From Bacilli bacterium (GTDB taxonomy: Bacteria > Bacillota_I > Bacilli_A > RFN20 > CAG-826), in the NCBI GenBank assembly GCA_045117995.1, contig JBGUOH010000009.1:64276-128275 (forward strand): 64,000 nt of DNA. The letters are read 5' to 3'. This document shows, piece after piece, positions 21,331 to 31,031 of the stretch. Each line of letters starts with the position of its first letter. Within the stretch, counting starts at the first letter, position 1. Made by a program: the position numbers and the translations under genes. The notes beneath the pieces were generated by a model, which was not told the DNA's origin, ran no database searches, and was given only the letters and a program-made list of their open reading frames with translations.

Positions 21331-21998
21331 TACTTATTCTCCGCTAATTTTTGATCAATAATCTTATTAACTTCAGCGACGACTTCGTCGATTGTTAAAT
21401 CAGATGTGTCTAAATGAATTGCGTCAGGCGCTGGTTTAAGAGGAGCAAATGCACGATGGGAATCAATGTAGTCTCTCTTTTCGACGTCTGCGACAATATC
21501 TTCATAGGTACATGGAATACCTTTTTCTTGATTTTCTTTATAACGACGTTCCGCTCTCTTTTCTACGGAAGCAACTTGGAAGATTTTCACTTCAGCGTTT
21601 GGTAAAACATATGTACCAATATCACGTCCATCCATAATGACTGAATCTTTTTCCGCCATCTTTCTTTGGAGTTCCACTAAAGCTAAACGAATATCCTTAT
21701 AGGATGCAATATAGGAAACGTTGCCAGAAACATCAGTACCTCTAATTGGTTTACTGACATCAATGCCGTTGCATAAAACAACATAACCTGGTTTAAGTTC
21801 GATGTTTACTTCTGGGATTAACGCTACACAAGCCTTTTCATCTTGGCAATCAACACCCTTTTGTAAGCAATACCAAGTAAATGCACGATACATAGCACCT
21901 GTATCGATATAGGTAAAACCTCTCATGAGCGCGACTTGTTTAGCAATGGTAGATTTTCCTGCAGCGGCAGGACCGTCAATAGCAACAGCGACTTTCAT
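21330..21998 (-). CDS. cmk: Cytidylate kinase
   Basis: P-loop IDGPAAAGKST. The likely start is MKVAVAIDG. The ORF track extends it to 22028. Confidence 0.9.
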   Translation of the reverse strand: MKVAVAIDGPAAAGKSTIAKQVALMRGFTYIDTGAMYRAFTWYCLQKGVDCQDEKACVALIPEVNIELKPGYVVLCNGIDVSKPIRGTDVSGNVSYIASYKDIRLALVELQRKMAEKDSVIMDGRDIGTYVLPNAEVKIFQVASVEKRAERRYKENQEKGIPCTYEDIVADVEKRDYIDSHRAFAPLKPAPDAIHLDTSDLTIDEVVAEVNKIIDQKLAENK

Positions 21999-21999
21999 C

Positions 22000-22302
22000 T
22001 TATTGTCCTCCAAAGGCATATATAGCAAAAATAATTATTCCCGCGATTAAAGCAAGACCCACTAGAACGATAGCGGCACTAATAAAGAACTTCTTTGTCC
22101 AAACACGTTTTGGTTCTTCTTCTGGAGTTTCTTCAACTTTGCCTAACACTTCTTCTAATGGAAGAGTGGATGTCGTATTCATCTTATCACTAACGATAGA
22201 GTTATCGCGATACTTAACAGCATCAGGTTCGTTATTAACTGACTTAAACTCGTTTAAGGATTGACGATACTTTTTATATTTTTCTAATCTTGTTTCACTC
22301 AT
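22000..22302 (-). CDS. Hypothetical small protein with a C-terminal transmembrane anchor
   Basis: 100 aa. A hydrophilic acidic N-region is followed by one TM (FFISAAIVLVGLALIAGIIIFAIYAF). It is immediately upstream of cmk. Confidence 0.45.
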   Translation of the reverse strand: MSETRLEKYKKYRQSLNEFKSVNNEPDAVKYRDNSIVSDKMNTTSTLPLEEVLGKVEETPEEEPKRVWTKKFFISAAIVLVGLALIAGIIIFAIYAFGGQ

Positions 22303-22386
22303 AATTAGTCCAACATATTTATTCTAATTTAATTAGAATGCTTTTAAAACAAAAAATGACTTTTTTAGCAATTTAGTCCCAAGTTA

Positions 22387-22416
22387 TTGAAAATACCCCT
22401 CTTTTGAGACTATAAT
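22387..22416 (+). promoter_or_regulatory. Sigma-A-type promoter (TTGAAA-18-TATAAT) for the ferredoxin gene
   Basis: Consensus-like -35 and -10 hexamers 30 nt upstream of a strong AAGGAGG RBS. Confidence 0.55.
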
Positions 22417-22446
22417 CTTCTTATATAACCCAAGGAGGCATTACTC

Positions 22447-22626
22447 ATGGCTAAAAAAAGAGTAAAAATTGATGCAGCTTCATGCATTATGTGCGGCGCT
22501 TGCGTTGGTTCCTACCCAGACGACTTTAAATTCTCTGATGAAGGTCCAGCAGTTCCAGTGAACGGCGAAGCAGATGAAGATGCTGTTGGCGTATGCCCAG
22601 TTGGTGCAATCTCTGTCGAAGAGTAA
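22447..22626 (+). CDS. Small ferredoxin (4-Cys, single cluster)
   Basis: 59 aa ORF MAKKRVKIDAASCIMCGACVGSYPDDF...GVCPVGAISVEE. It carries a CxxCxxC...CP motif and a strong AAGGAGG RBS. It is absent from the ORF track because it is under 60 aa. Confidence 0.75.
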   Translation: MAKKRVKIDAASCIMCGACVGSYPDDFKFSDEGPAVPVNGEADEDAVGVCPVGAISVEE

Positions 22627-22633
22627 AATACAA

Positions 22634-22667
22634 CAAAAAACTAGGCCTTGATTGACCTAGTTTTTTT
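22634..22667. terminator. Bidirectional intrinsic terminator between the ferredoxin gene (+) and ribU (-)
   Basis: Hairpin CUAGGCCUUGAUUGACCUAG flanked by an A-run and a U7 run. Confidence 0.7.
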
Positions 22668-22682
22668 GTGCTTTCTAAACCA

Positions 22683-23438
22683 CTATTCTTGAGGTTGTTC
22701 CTCTTCTTTTTCTTGTGGTTCATCTTCCACTTTCTTAGTGAAGATATCACCCACGAAATATTTGTTGAAGAATGCTGATCTCTTCATAAAGACGAAGATT
22801 AAACGGTTAAGCAATGCTTCGTAGATGATGAAGCACGCTGCCGCTTTCATTAAGTTGAATGGTGCGTAGATTGAACCAACCGCTCCCATATAAAGCCAAC
22901 CATTGGCCTGTACATCATTATTTTTTGTGAGATACGCTGTGACATCTTGAATCGCGCCTTCATGGAAACATGTTAAGAATTTTGGATTTGGACCAAATAC
23001 TGTGAGATATGTTGGTGTGATGAATAACGCATTGAGTAGTGTCATTACAATGGTTACTAATAATGCGATAAATAAATACGAAAAGATACGGTATTTGATT
23101 CCTCTTTTAAACCATTTCAAATGGCTAGTAATAAACAAGCCTAGAAGGAATGTGCATGATGTGATGAATGCGGTGGCGTCCCCTAAACCTAACGCGGATG
23201 GTCCACGTATAAACATATTCGCTAATGTTTTAATGACCGCTACGGCAATACCACCTGGAAAACCGTATAAGGCATACGCCACAATGGTGACAATTTCACT
23301 GATTTCAATCTTTAACCATGGTGCTAATGGATTAGGAATTTGGACAAACGCCATTAAAACAATTCCTAATGCACCTAGCATTGCTGTTGTAACTAACCTG
23401 GTAATGATCTCTTCAATACTTCTGATTCTTCTTTTCAT
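22683..23438 (-). CDS. ribU: ECF transporter S component for riboflavin (RibU-like)
   Basis: A 6-TM small integral membrane protein typical of ECF S-components. It is directly downstream of an FMN riboswitch. The true start is MKRRIRS at 23438: the ORF-track start at 23483 lies 5' of the riboswitch terminator hairpin. Confidence 0.7.
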   Translation of the reverse strand: MKRRIRSIEEIITRLVTTAMLGALGIVLMAFVQIPNPLAPWLKIEISEIVTIVAYALYGFPGGIAVAVIKTLANMFIRGPSALGLGDATAFITSCTFLLGLFITSHLKWFKRGIKYRIFSYLFIALLVTIVMTLLNALFITPTYLTVFGPNPKFLTCFHEGAIQDVTAYLTKNNDVQANGWLYMGAVGSIYAPFNLMKAAACFIIYEALLNRLIFVFMKRSAFFNKYFVGDIFTKKVEDEPQEKEEEQPQE

Positions 23439-23439
23439 A

Positions 23440-23585
23440 AAAAATAGACCTTTCCCAAGGCCTAAAAAACGTACTTCTTTCATCCAGACTTTACTGTCGC
23501 CACTTGAATCTCACAAGTTCCTGCCCTATTAGGCTCGCGGGGTTTACCGCCGGTCGCTTTTCGCTGCCCTGAAGTAACTACTATT
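23440..23585 (-). promoter_or_regulatory. FMN riboswitch (RFN element) with an intrinsic-terminator expression platform
   Basis: The minus strand reads CUUCAGGGCAGCGAAAAGCGACCGGCGGUAAACCCCGCGAGCC...GGCGACAGUAAAGUCUGGAUGAAAGAAG. This matches the RFN conserved core as recalled (GGGCAGGGUGAAAUUCCCGACCGGCGGUA...AGCCCGUGAC...GCCGACAGUGAAAGUCUGGAUGGGAGAAGG). It is followed by the terminator UAGGCCUUGGGAAAGGUCUAUUUUUU and preceded by a TATATAAT -10. Confidence 0.85.
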
Positions 23586-23612
23586 ATATACCTTTATTTA
23601 TTAAATAAAAGA

Positions 23613-24314
23613 TTAGAGTGCTTTATTTTTAATTTCCCCATAAGCACGAGGATATTTATTTGGAGTTTCCCCTACCTTTTTAATATAAATAAAGGATCTA
23701 TTTTCTTTGGATTTTGGAAGTTGATCTTCATAGATATAATCAATCTCACCTTTTAATTTCTTTAATACGCCTTGAGCTTCTTTGATTTCATCTTCAAAGC
23801 CAGGGCCTTTCATCGCGATAAATACACCACCAACTTTAAGCATTGGTAAGGCTAATTCAATTAAAATGCGGAGAGACGCCACCGCCCTAGCGGTAATAAC
23901 CATAAATCTATCTCTATTGTCTCTGGCAAATTCCTCTGCACGGGCAGTTATTCCATGCACGTCTAGGCTCTTTTCCTTAGCGTAGTCTTCAATGAACTTC
24001 ACTTTTTTCGCAGTGCTATCTAAAGCATAAACATGGGCTTTTGGTGAAAGAATAGAGACCACAACGCTTGGAAATCCAGCGCCCGCACCGATATCTAAAA
24101 TATCAATACCTGCAAAATTTTGATTGTTCAAAAGAAGCGCACTATCAAAGATCATCTTTTCAACGAATGATTCTTCATCTTTAATCGCGGTTAGATTAAA
24201 ACTTTCATTTGTTTTTAAAACATGACGCATAAAATCCCAGAGAAGGTCTAATTGCTTCTCGTCACATGTAATACCACGTTTATTAAGTTCTAAAATAAAT
24301 GATTCTTTATTCAT
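23613..24314 (-). CDS. rsmG: 16S rRNA (guanine527-N7)-methyltransferase
   Basis: 233 aa. SAM-binding DIGAGAGFP, and the GidB fold. Confidence 0.9.
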   Translation of the reverse strand: MNKESFILELNKRGITCDEKQLDLLWDFMRHVLKTNESFNLTAIKDEESFVEKMIFDSALLLNNQNFAGIDILDIGAGAGFPSVVVSILSPKAHVYALDSTAKKVKFIEDYAKEKSLDVHGITARAEEFARDNRDRFMVITARAVASLRILIELALPMLKVGGVFIAMKGPGFEDEIKEAQGVLKKLKGEIDYIYEDQLPKSKENRSFIYIKKVGETPNKYPRAYGEIKNKAL

Positions 24315-26181
24315 TGTGAGCTTTCCTTACATTAAATATTAAAACACTAATGTCGCTTGGATTAACACCAGAGATACGAGATGCTTGGCCAATAGTCATT
24401 GGTCTAATCTTATTTAGTTTTTGTCTAGCTTCTAGAGCTAAACCATCCATATTTAAGAAATCCATATCACTTGGAATTTTCATTTCTTCTAATTTAGCCA
24501 TATTCTTTGCTTCTCTAATTTGCTTCACAATATAGCCTTCATATTTAGCGATGATTTCCACTTCTTCAATCGCGAATTCGTCTAATTCAATGTCTTGGAT
24601 TTCAGGAACAAACTTTCTTAAATCAACATATGAGACTTCTGGTCTCTTTAAGAGCTCAAAAGCTTGAATGCCACCTTGAAGTGGATTGGAATTAATACCG
24701 CTTAACCATTCATTAACGTCTTTTCTAGCGCCTAAGTACACTAGTTTTAAGATCTCGATGACTTTATTGATGTTGTTAACTTTGTTAACAAATCTGCCAT
24801 ATCTATCTTCTTTAATTAAGCCAATTTGATGACCTAATTCAGTTAATCTCATATCAGCGTTGTCGTGTCTTAAAATTAAACGGAATTCCGCTCTTGATGA
24901 CATAAGTCTATATGGTTCTTCAGTACCTTTAGTGACTAAGTCATCAATCATGACACCAATATAGGCTTGATCTCTTCTGAGAACTAATGGCTCTTTACCA
25001 TCAATCTTTAAGCAAGCATTAATACCTGCCATTAAGCCTAAAGCGGCAGCTTCTTCGTAACCGGAAGTACCACAAATTTGACCACCGATGAATAAACCTG
25101 GCCATTTCTTTATTTCTAAATTAGAACCATATTCCTCAGTTCTAATAGCATCGTACTCGATTGCGTACGCGTATTTAAGAAAAACAGCGTTTTCAAAACC
25201 TGGTAAGGAACGCACCATTTCTTCTTGGACTTCCACTGGCATAGAAGTAGAGAAGCCTTGTAAGTAGATAGAATCTGTATAACGTGATTCTGGTTCTAAG
25301 AACAATTGATGTCTTTCTTTATCAGCGAAAGTCACAATTTTAGATTCAATAGATGGGCAATATCTTGGGCCAACACCAGTCACTAAACCACTGAATAAAG
25401 CGGAATCTTTTAAGTGTTCTCTAATGATTTCATGTGTTCTTGGTGTAGTGTAAACCAAATAGCATGGTTCTTGTTCTTCAATTGGAATAAATTCCTTTGT
25501 TTCATAAGAGAACGCTAAATGTCTATTAGTGCCAGGTTGGATGCTAGCTTTACTAAAGTCGATAGAATCTCTTTTAATTCTTGGAGGAGTACCGGTTTTT
25601 AATCTGAATGTTTCAATGCCGATACTTCTTAAGAATGGAGATAAACCTAATGATGGTTTTTGACCATCTGGGCCTTCATCTTTCACGTCATGACCACGGA
25701 AGATTTGGCTTTGCATATATGTTCCAGTTGTTAAAATAACAGCTTTTGAGTGGATACGTGTACCGTTATCGAGTACCACACCACGGATGCAGTTATCTTC
25801 ACAAATTAAAGAAACCACCATTCCTTCTTGAACAGTTAAGTTTTCTTCTTTTGCCGCTAATTCATGCCAATATTTTGGATATTCTAATTTATCTTGTTGA
25901 GCTCTTAAGCATTGGACGCCTGGACCTTTACCAGTATTGAGCATCTTCATTTGTAAATAATGATGATCAGCGGCAATGCCCATCATACCACCTAAGGCAT
26001 CGATTTCTCTCACTACAATACCTTTAGCAGAGCCACCAATAGATGGATTACATGGCATATTGCCCATGAGGTTAAGATTTAATGTTAAAAGTAATGTCTT
26101 TTTATTTAAGTGAGCACTAGCAAAAGCGGCTTCTAAGCCTGCATGTCCCGCACCAACAACAATTACATCGTAATCAAACAT
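24307..26181 (-). CDS. mnmG: tRNA uridine 5-carboxymethylaminomethyl modification enzyme MnmG (GidA)
   Basis: 624 aa. N-terminal FAD motif DVIVVGAGHAGLEAA, and the GidA C-terminal domain. Confidence 0.93.
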   Translation of the reverse strand: MFDYDVIVVGAGHAGLEAAFASAHLNKKTLLLTLNLNLMGNMPCNPSIGGSAKGIVVREIDALGGMMGIAADHHYLQMKMLNTGKGPGVQCLRAQQDKLEYPKYWHELAAKEENLTVQEGMVVSLICEDNCIRGVVLDNGTRIHSKAVILTTGTYMQSQIFRGHDVKDEGPDGQKPSLGLSPFLRSIGIETFRLKTGTPPRIKRDSIDFSKASIQPGTNRHLAFSYETKEFIPIEEQEPCYLVYTTPRTHEIIREHLKDSALFSGLVTGVGPRYCPSIESKIVTFADKERHQLFLEPESRYTDSIYLQGFSTSMPVEVQEEMVRSLPGFENAVFLKYAYAIEYDAIRTEEYGSNLEIKKWPGLFIGGQICGTSGYEEAAALGLMAGINACLKIDGKEPLVLRRDQAYIGVMIDDLVTKGTEEPYRLMSSRAEFRLILRHDNADMRLTELGHQIGLIKEDRYGRFVNKVNNINKVIEILKLVYLGARKDVNEWLSGINSNPLQGGIQAFELLKRPEVSYVDLRKFVPEIQDIELDEFAIEEVEIIAKYEGYIVKQIREAKNMAKLEEMKIPSDMDFLNMDGLALEARQKLNKIRPMTIGQASRISGVNPSDISVLIFNVRKAHNE

Positions 26182-27581
26182 TAACCGACACTACCTTCCA
26201 TATCCATCTTGATGAGTTGATTTAACTCAACAGCGTACTCCATTGGGAGTTCTTTACTAAATGGTTCAATGAATCCCATGATAATCATTTGAGTCGCATC
26301 TTTTTCAGAAATACCACGTGACATCAAATAGAATAATTGATCCTCTGATATTTTACTCACTGTGGCTTCATGTTCAATATAGGAAGTGTTATTTTTAACT
26401 TCGTTATTTGGAATGGTATCACTATAAGATTGTTCGTCTAAGATTAAAGTGTCACATTCCACATGGCTTCTACAGTTTTGCGCATTCTTCATGTGTCTAA
26501 CCGTACCACGATAGTTAGCAACACCACCACCATTAACAATTGATTTAGAAATAATTGTGGATGATGTATTACTCGCTAAGTGAATCATTCTAGAGCCAGC
26601 ATCTTGATATTGGCCTTTGCCCGCAACAGCGATAGAGATACATGTACCTTTAGCACCTTCACCAGCGAGAATAACGGCTGGATATTTCATATTGGTACCT
26701 GAACCGACGTTACCATCAATCCAGTCCATAGAAGCATCTTCATAGCAAATTGCTCTTTGAGTGACTAAGTTAACAATATTTGTGCTCCAGTTTTGCACTG
26801 TGGAATAACGGCATTTTGCATTCTTTAAAACGATAATTTCCACAACGCCAGAGTGTAATGATTCTTTAGAATATGTCGGAGCGGTACAACCTTCCACGTA
26901 GTGGACATCCGCACCTTCATCAACAATGATTAATGTTCTTTCAAATTGACCAGACTTTTCATTGTTAATTCTGAAATAGGATTGTAATGGTTTTTCTAAA
27001 TGCACACCCTTTGGGACATACACGAAAGAACCACCTGACCAAACCGCACCATTAAGTGCGGAGAATTTGTTATCTCTAATTGGCACAACTGTACCAAAGT
27101 ATTTCTTAAAGATTTCTGGATAGAGCTTTAAACCCATATCTGTGGAAAGGAAAATAACACCTTTTTCTTCCACTTCTTTAAGCATGTTATGATAAACAAC
27201 TTCTGATTCATATTGAGTGGATACACCAGCGAGATATTTTTGTTCTGCTTCTGGAATACCTAATTTTTGGAATGTATTTTTGACAGTTTCAGGAACTTCA
27301 TCCCAGTTCTTTGTTTCACCATTAGCCATACGTGTGAAGTAGGTATAGGAATCAAAATCTAACATGGATAAATCTGGACCAAAACTTGGCATAGGCATTT
27401 CTTGGAACGCTCTAAAAGCCTTTAGACGGAACTCAAGCATCCATTCTGGTTCATCTTTTAACTTGGAGATTTGTCTAACGATATCTTCAGTTAGACCAAG
27501 ACCTGTCTTAATAATGGAAGTATCTTTGTCTTTGAAACCGTATTTATAATCTTCTTGGAATTTAACTTCGTCTTTTGACAT
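26181..27581 (-). CDS. sufB: Fe-S cluster assembly protein SufB
   Basis: 466 aa. Conserved SufB blocks throughout. Confidence 0.92.
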   Translation of the reverse strand: MSKDEVKFQEDYKYGFKDKDTSIIKTGLGLTEDIVRQISKLKDEPEWMLEFRLKAFRAFQEMPMPSFGPDLSMLDFDSYTYFTRMANGETKNWDEVPETVKNTFQKLGIPEAEQKYLAGVSTQYESEVVYHNMLKEVEEKGVIFLSTDMGLKLYPEIFKKYFGTVVPIRDNKFSALNGAVWSGGSFVYVPKGVHLEKPLQSYFRINNEKSGQFERTLIIVDEGADVHYVEGCTAPTYSKESLHSGVVEIIVLKNAKCRYSTVQNWSTNIVNLVTQRAICYEDASMDWIDGNVGSGTNMKYPAVILAGEGAKGTCISIAVAGKGQYQDAGSRMIHLASNTSSTIISKSIVNGGGVANYRGTVRHMKNAQNCRSHVECDTLILDEQSYSDTIPNNEVKNNTSYIEHEATVSKISEDQLFYLMSRGISEKDATQMIIMGFIEPFSKELPMEYAVELNQLIKMDMEGSVG

Positions 27582-27582
27582 A

Positions 27583-28011
27583 TTACTTATCCTTTAGAAT
27601 CTCTTCTGCGGCATTCCAACCTATGGTTGCGCATCTGATTCTTGCTGCTTGCTTGCTTGTGTTGATAAAGACAATTGCTTCATCTAATAAATCCGCATCG
27701 AATTCTTCTTCGTGCATCATGTGATGGAAGGCATCAATAATCTTTCTACCTTCGTTAATTTCTTTACCTCTTAATAAATCACACATGATGTCTGTACTTG
27801 AGGTAGAGATTGTACAAGCTGTACCATCAAAGCACGCATCTGTAATGATATTACCTTCGACAAGAAGGAAGATATCTAAATCATCAATGCAGTTATCAGA
27901 GTGCATATGAACTTTTTCATAGCCTTCCTTAGGAGGTTGGTGTTTATTTTGTGGATCAGAATAATGGTCCATGATGATGGACCTCATCATATCATTAGTT
28001 AAAGTAGGCAT
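27583..28011 (-). CDS. sufU: Fe-S cluster assembly scaffold SufU (IscU/NifU-like)
   Basis: 142 aa. Conserved Cys ligands (NCIDD.., ACTIS) and the Firmicute SufU insertion. Confidence 0.85.
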   Translation of the reverse strand: MPTLTNDMMRSIIMDHYSDPQNKHQPPKEGYEKVHMHSDNCIDDLDIFLLVEGNIITDACFDGTACTISTSSTDIMCDLLRGKEINEGRKIIDAFHHMMHEEEFDADLLDEAIVFINTSKQAARIRCATIGWNAAEEILKDK

Positions 28012-29224
28012 CTAAAATGTCACCTCCGTTAATAATTGCATCGACGAATACATCGATGTCTTCTTTCGTTGTATATAAGTAAGTCGACATTCTGCATGTC
28101 GCTTTTGTTTCTAAATAGTTATCCAATAACTTAGCGCAGTGTTCACCAGAACGAATCGCAATACCTTTGTAGTTAAGCAATGTGGATTCATCTTGTGGGA
28201 AAACACCTTTGATATTGAATGTTAAGATACCATTTCTAGCATCTTTGTTATAGATGATGATATTGTCATAATCTTTGAGTTTTTCGATAGCATAGTCGAT
28301 TAATTCTTGGTCATGAGCGTGAATATTATCGATACCAATCTCTTTAATAAACTTAACCGCTCTACCGAATCCTAAGATGCCAGCGATGTTAAGTGTGCCC
28401 GCTTCAAATTTGTATGGTGGCAAACGATAATCCACTGTACCATCTTTTTTAAAGATTGAGTTCATACCACCACCAGAAACAAATGGATCCATATCACAGA
28501 GTAATTGATATTTACCAATTAAAGCACCTGTGCCTGTTGGGCCACACATCTTATGAGCGGAGAAGGCTAAGAAGTCGATATCTAAATCTTTGAAATCCAC
28601 TTTTAAGTGTGGAACGGATTGCGCTCCATCAACGACCATGATTGCGCCATGTTCATGAGCAATCTTAGCGAATTCTTTAACATCGGCAATATAGCCTAGG
28701 ACATTACCAACTTGAGCTAAGGAAACAATCTTAGTTTTGTTGGTAATAACTTTTCTTAAGTTTTCTGGTAGGATTCTACCATTAACAATATCAACATATT
28801 TAATAACAGCGCCTGTTAAATCTGCAATTCTGAACCAAGGGAGAACATTACTCGCGTGTTCAGCGACACTGAGAATAATTTCATCACCCTTTTTAAGGAA
28901 CTTTAATGCATAGCCATAGGCTACGAGATTTAAAGCGCTGGTCGCACCATCAGTGAAAACAACTTCGTTTATTTCTGAATTAACTAAAGTTGCCACTTCT
29001 TTACGTGCTTCTTCAATCATGACGTCGACTTGATAAGATAAGTCATAATCCCCACGATGAGAGTTACTATTATACTCTGTATAATATTCATTCATCGCAT
29101 CAATCACACATTGTGGTTTGAATGTTGTGGAACAGTTATCAAGAAAAACAAGAGGCTTGTTCTGCATCTTAATATCGTTAGTCAACATTGGGAATTGTTC
29201 CCTAATCTTATAGACGTCGTACAT
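27995..29224 (-). CDS. sufS: Cysteine desulfurase SufS (class V aminotransferase)
   Basis: PLP-Lys motif SAHKMCGPTGTGAL. Start chosen at MYDVYKIREQF, which has AAAGGAGA SD 8 nt upstream. The ORF track starts 18 nt earlier. Confidence 0.9.
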   Translation of the reverse strand: MYDVYKIREQFPMLTNDIKMQNKPLVFLDNCSTTFKPQCVIDAMNEYYTEYNSNSHRGDYDLSYQVDVMIEEARKEVATLVNSEINEVVFTDGATSALNLVAYGYALKFLKKGDEIILSVAEHASNVLPWFRIADLTGAVIKYVDIVNGRILPENLRKVITNKTKIVSLAQVGNVLGYIADVKEFAKIAHEHGAIMVVDGAQSVPHLKVDFKDLDIDFLAFSAHKMCGPTGTGALIGKYQLLCDMDPFVSGGGMNSIFKKDGTVDYRLPPYKFEAGTLNIAGILGFGRAVKFIKEIGIDNIHAHDQELIDYAIEKLKDYDNIIIYNKDARNGILTFNIKGVFPQDESTLLNYKGIAIRSGEHCAKLLDNYLETKATCRMSTYLYTTKEDIDVFVDAIINGGDILDAYFN

Positions 29225-29225
29225 C

Positions 29226-30023
29226 TTACATTCTCCTTTCAATTAAAGAAGAAATATGATTCTTGACGTCTTCTTCTTTGAAACCATCAAGGATTGGTCT
29301 TAAATAACCCCATGTAATAAGTTCTTTTGCCATTTCTTCACTTAAGCCACGGGAAGTTAAATAGAATAAGTGTTCATCGTTGATTTTACCAACAACAGAA
29401 CCATGACTAGCTTCTAGATCATTTTCATCAATTTTTAAAATAGGTTTAGTGGAAGCATCACTAGTTTCATCAAAGACCATGATCTTAGAATTTTGTTGGG
29501 CTTTGCTTTTGACTGCGCCTTTAAAAACATGGGATGTTCCGGCAACGATAATTTTGCCACTGTCTTTACAAATTCCATAACAATCAAATTTACCATACGT
29601 TCTTGGTGAAACGTGGTCGATGGAAATATCAACAAGTTTACGGTCATCGCCCGCTACTAAAGAAGCGACCTTATATGTACAGGAAGCGCCTTCTTCCACT
29701 AAGTTTACCTTGCAGTGGAGATTGAGTGTTTTCTCTGCGAAATCAGCAAAATAACCATTAAGTGTTGTGTTTCCTTTAACGGTAATATTGATATTTGATT
29801 CTTTCATTTCATTTTCACTGATGAAAGATAATGTCACATTGCTATCTCTATTAATAACAATATTTAATTCCTTAACATCAATAATATTTCTCAAAAGAAT
29901 ATCGCAAGTTGAGTTAACCTCTATTTCGATTTCAACATTTCCGCTGGCTAAAAGCAAACCATCGATGACATAATCACCGTTTTTAATGGTATTTTTGATG
30001 TTGGAAATAAGTGTTCTTTCCAT
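29226..30023 (-). CDS. sufD: Fe-S cluster assembly protein SufD (short form, C-terminal beta-helix region only)
   Basis: 265 aa with a SufB/SufD-family C-terminal region. It lies between sufC and sufS with no space for a longer N-domain. Confidence 0.7.
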   Translation of the reverse strand: MERTLISNIKNTIKNGDYVIDGLLLASGNVEIEIEVNSTCDILLRNIIDVKELNIVINRDSNVTLSFISENEMKESNINITVKGNTTLNGYFADFAEKTLNLHCKVNLVEEGASCTYKVASLVAGDDRKLVDISIDHVSPRTYGKFDCYGICKDSGKIIVAGTSHVFKGAVKSKAQQNSKIMVFDETSDASTKPILKIDENDLEASHGSVVGKINDEHLFYLTSRGLSEEMAKELITWGYLRPILDGFKEEDVKNHISSLIERRM

Positions 30024-30024
30024 A

Positions 30025-30843
30025 TTACTTAATGCTTTCCTTCACAGCGCAGGTTCCAATAGAAACCTTATTCATTTCAACATCTTCCTTTTCAATATTG
30101 ATACCATATTCAGTCTTGATGAATTCATAACCTGTTTGGTCAATACGTTTGAAGATTTCTGGACCACCATCTAAAGCGATACGACCGTTGATAATAACGA
30201 CCGCTCTTGTTGGGTGGATCATGTCATACAAACGAGCATAGTGAGAAATCACGAGGAAACCATGGCCTTCAGCTTTTTCTTTATTGATGACATCAGCGAT
30301 GACATTCATCGCATCGACGTCTAAGCCGGAATCGATTTCATCTAGCATAGCTAGTTTTGGTTTTAACAATTCCATTTGAAGGATTTCATTTCTCTTCTTT
30401 TCACCACCAGAGAAGCCTTCATTTAATGATCTTGTCGCAAGGTCAAAAGGCATTTTTAATTCCTTGGTAGCGGCATCTAAAACTTTATAAAAATTGTAAG
30501 TAGAAATTGGTTTTTCTCTGTGGGCATTAACCGCAGCTTTTAAAAAGTCACTGTTAACAACACCTGGAATCTCACTTGGGGCTTGCATGCCTAAGAATAA
30601 GCCGAGTTTAGAACGTTCATCTGGAGAAAGTTCTAAAACGTTTTTGTCATCAAAATAGATGCTACCTTCTGTAACTTCATATCTTGGATGACCCATGATG
30701 ACATTTAATAATGTCGATTTACCGTGTCCGTTAGGACCAAGTAACGCTACTGTTTCGCCTTCAGAGACTTCAAGGTTGACACCTTTTAGGATTTCTTTGC
30801 CGTCGACACTAGCGTGTAGATTTTTTATTTTTAAAGTAGACAT
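30025..30843 (-). CDS. sufC: Fe-S cluster assembly ATPase SufC
   Basis: 272 aa. Walker A GPNGHGKST, signature FSGGEKKR. Confidence 0.92.
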   Translation of the reverse strand: MSTLKIKNLHASVDGKEILKGVNLEVSEGETVALLGPNGHGKSTLLNVIMGHPRYEVTEGSIYFDDKNVLELSPDERSKLGLFLGMQAPSEIPGVVNSDFLKAAVNAHREKPISTYNFYKVLDAATKELKMPFDLATRSLNEGFSGGEKKRNEILQMELLKPKLAMLDEIDSGLDVDAMNVIADVINKEKAEGHGFLVISHYARLYDMIHPTRAVVIINGRIALDGGPEIFKRIDQTGYEFIKTEYGINIEKEDVEMNKVSIGTCAVKESIK

Positions 30844-31031
30844 ACTTCTTACCTCAAATTCCGTGACATATTCTACATACTGGCAAACACATTATCAAAC
30901 GATACGATAATTTTTGTTTTTCGGACTATGCTTTTCATTCGATTAGGCCGTGTTTATTAATAAACTTGTTGCATAACTTTTTTAGAATATTTATAATATT
31001 CGCGCTGTTATTTGAAAAAGGAGAGTTAAAA

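Noticed and set aside
22526-22750. 74-aa minus-strand ORF overlapping the ferredoxin gene and terminator
   Set aside because: It is antisense to a ferredoxin ORF with promoter and RBS, and spans the bidirectional terminator. It is basic and low-complexity, so it is likely spurious.
23439-23483. N-terminal 15 codons (MKEVRFLGLGKGLFF) of the ribU ORF as called by the ORF track
   Set aside because: These codons coincide with the riboswitch terminator hairpin and U-run. Translation most likely begins at the next ATG (MKRRIRS).
23002-23532. 176-aa plus-strand ORF antisense to ribU
   Set aside because: It lies entirely within, and antisense to, a well-supported membrane-protein gene and the FMN riboswitch. 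It has no RBS and is low-complexity, so it is a typical spurious antisense ORF in AT-rich DNA.
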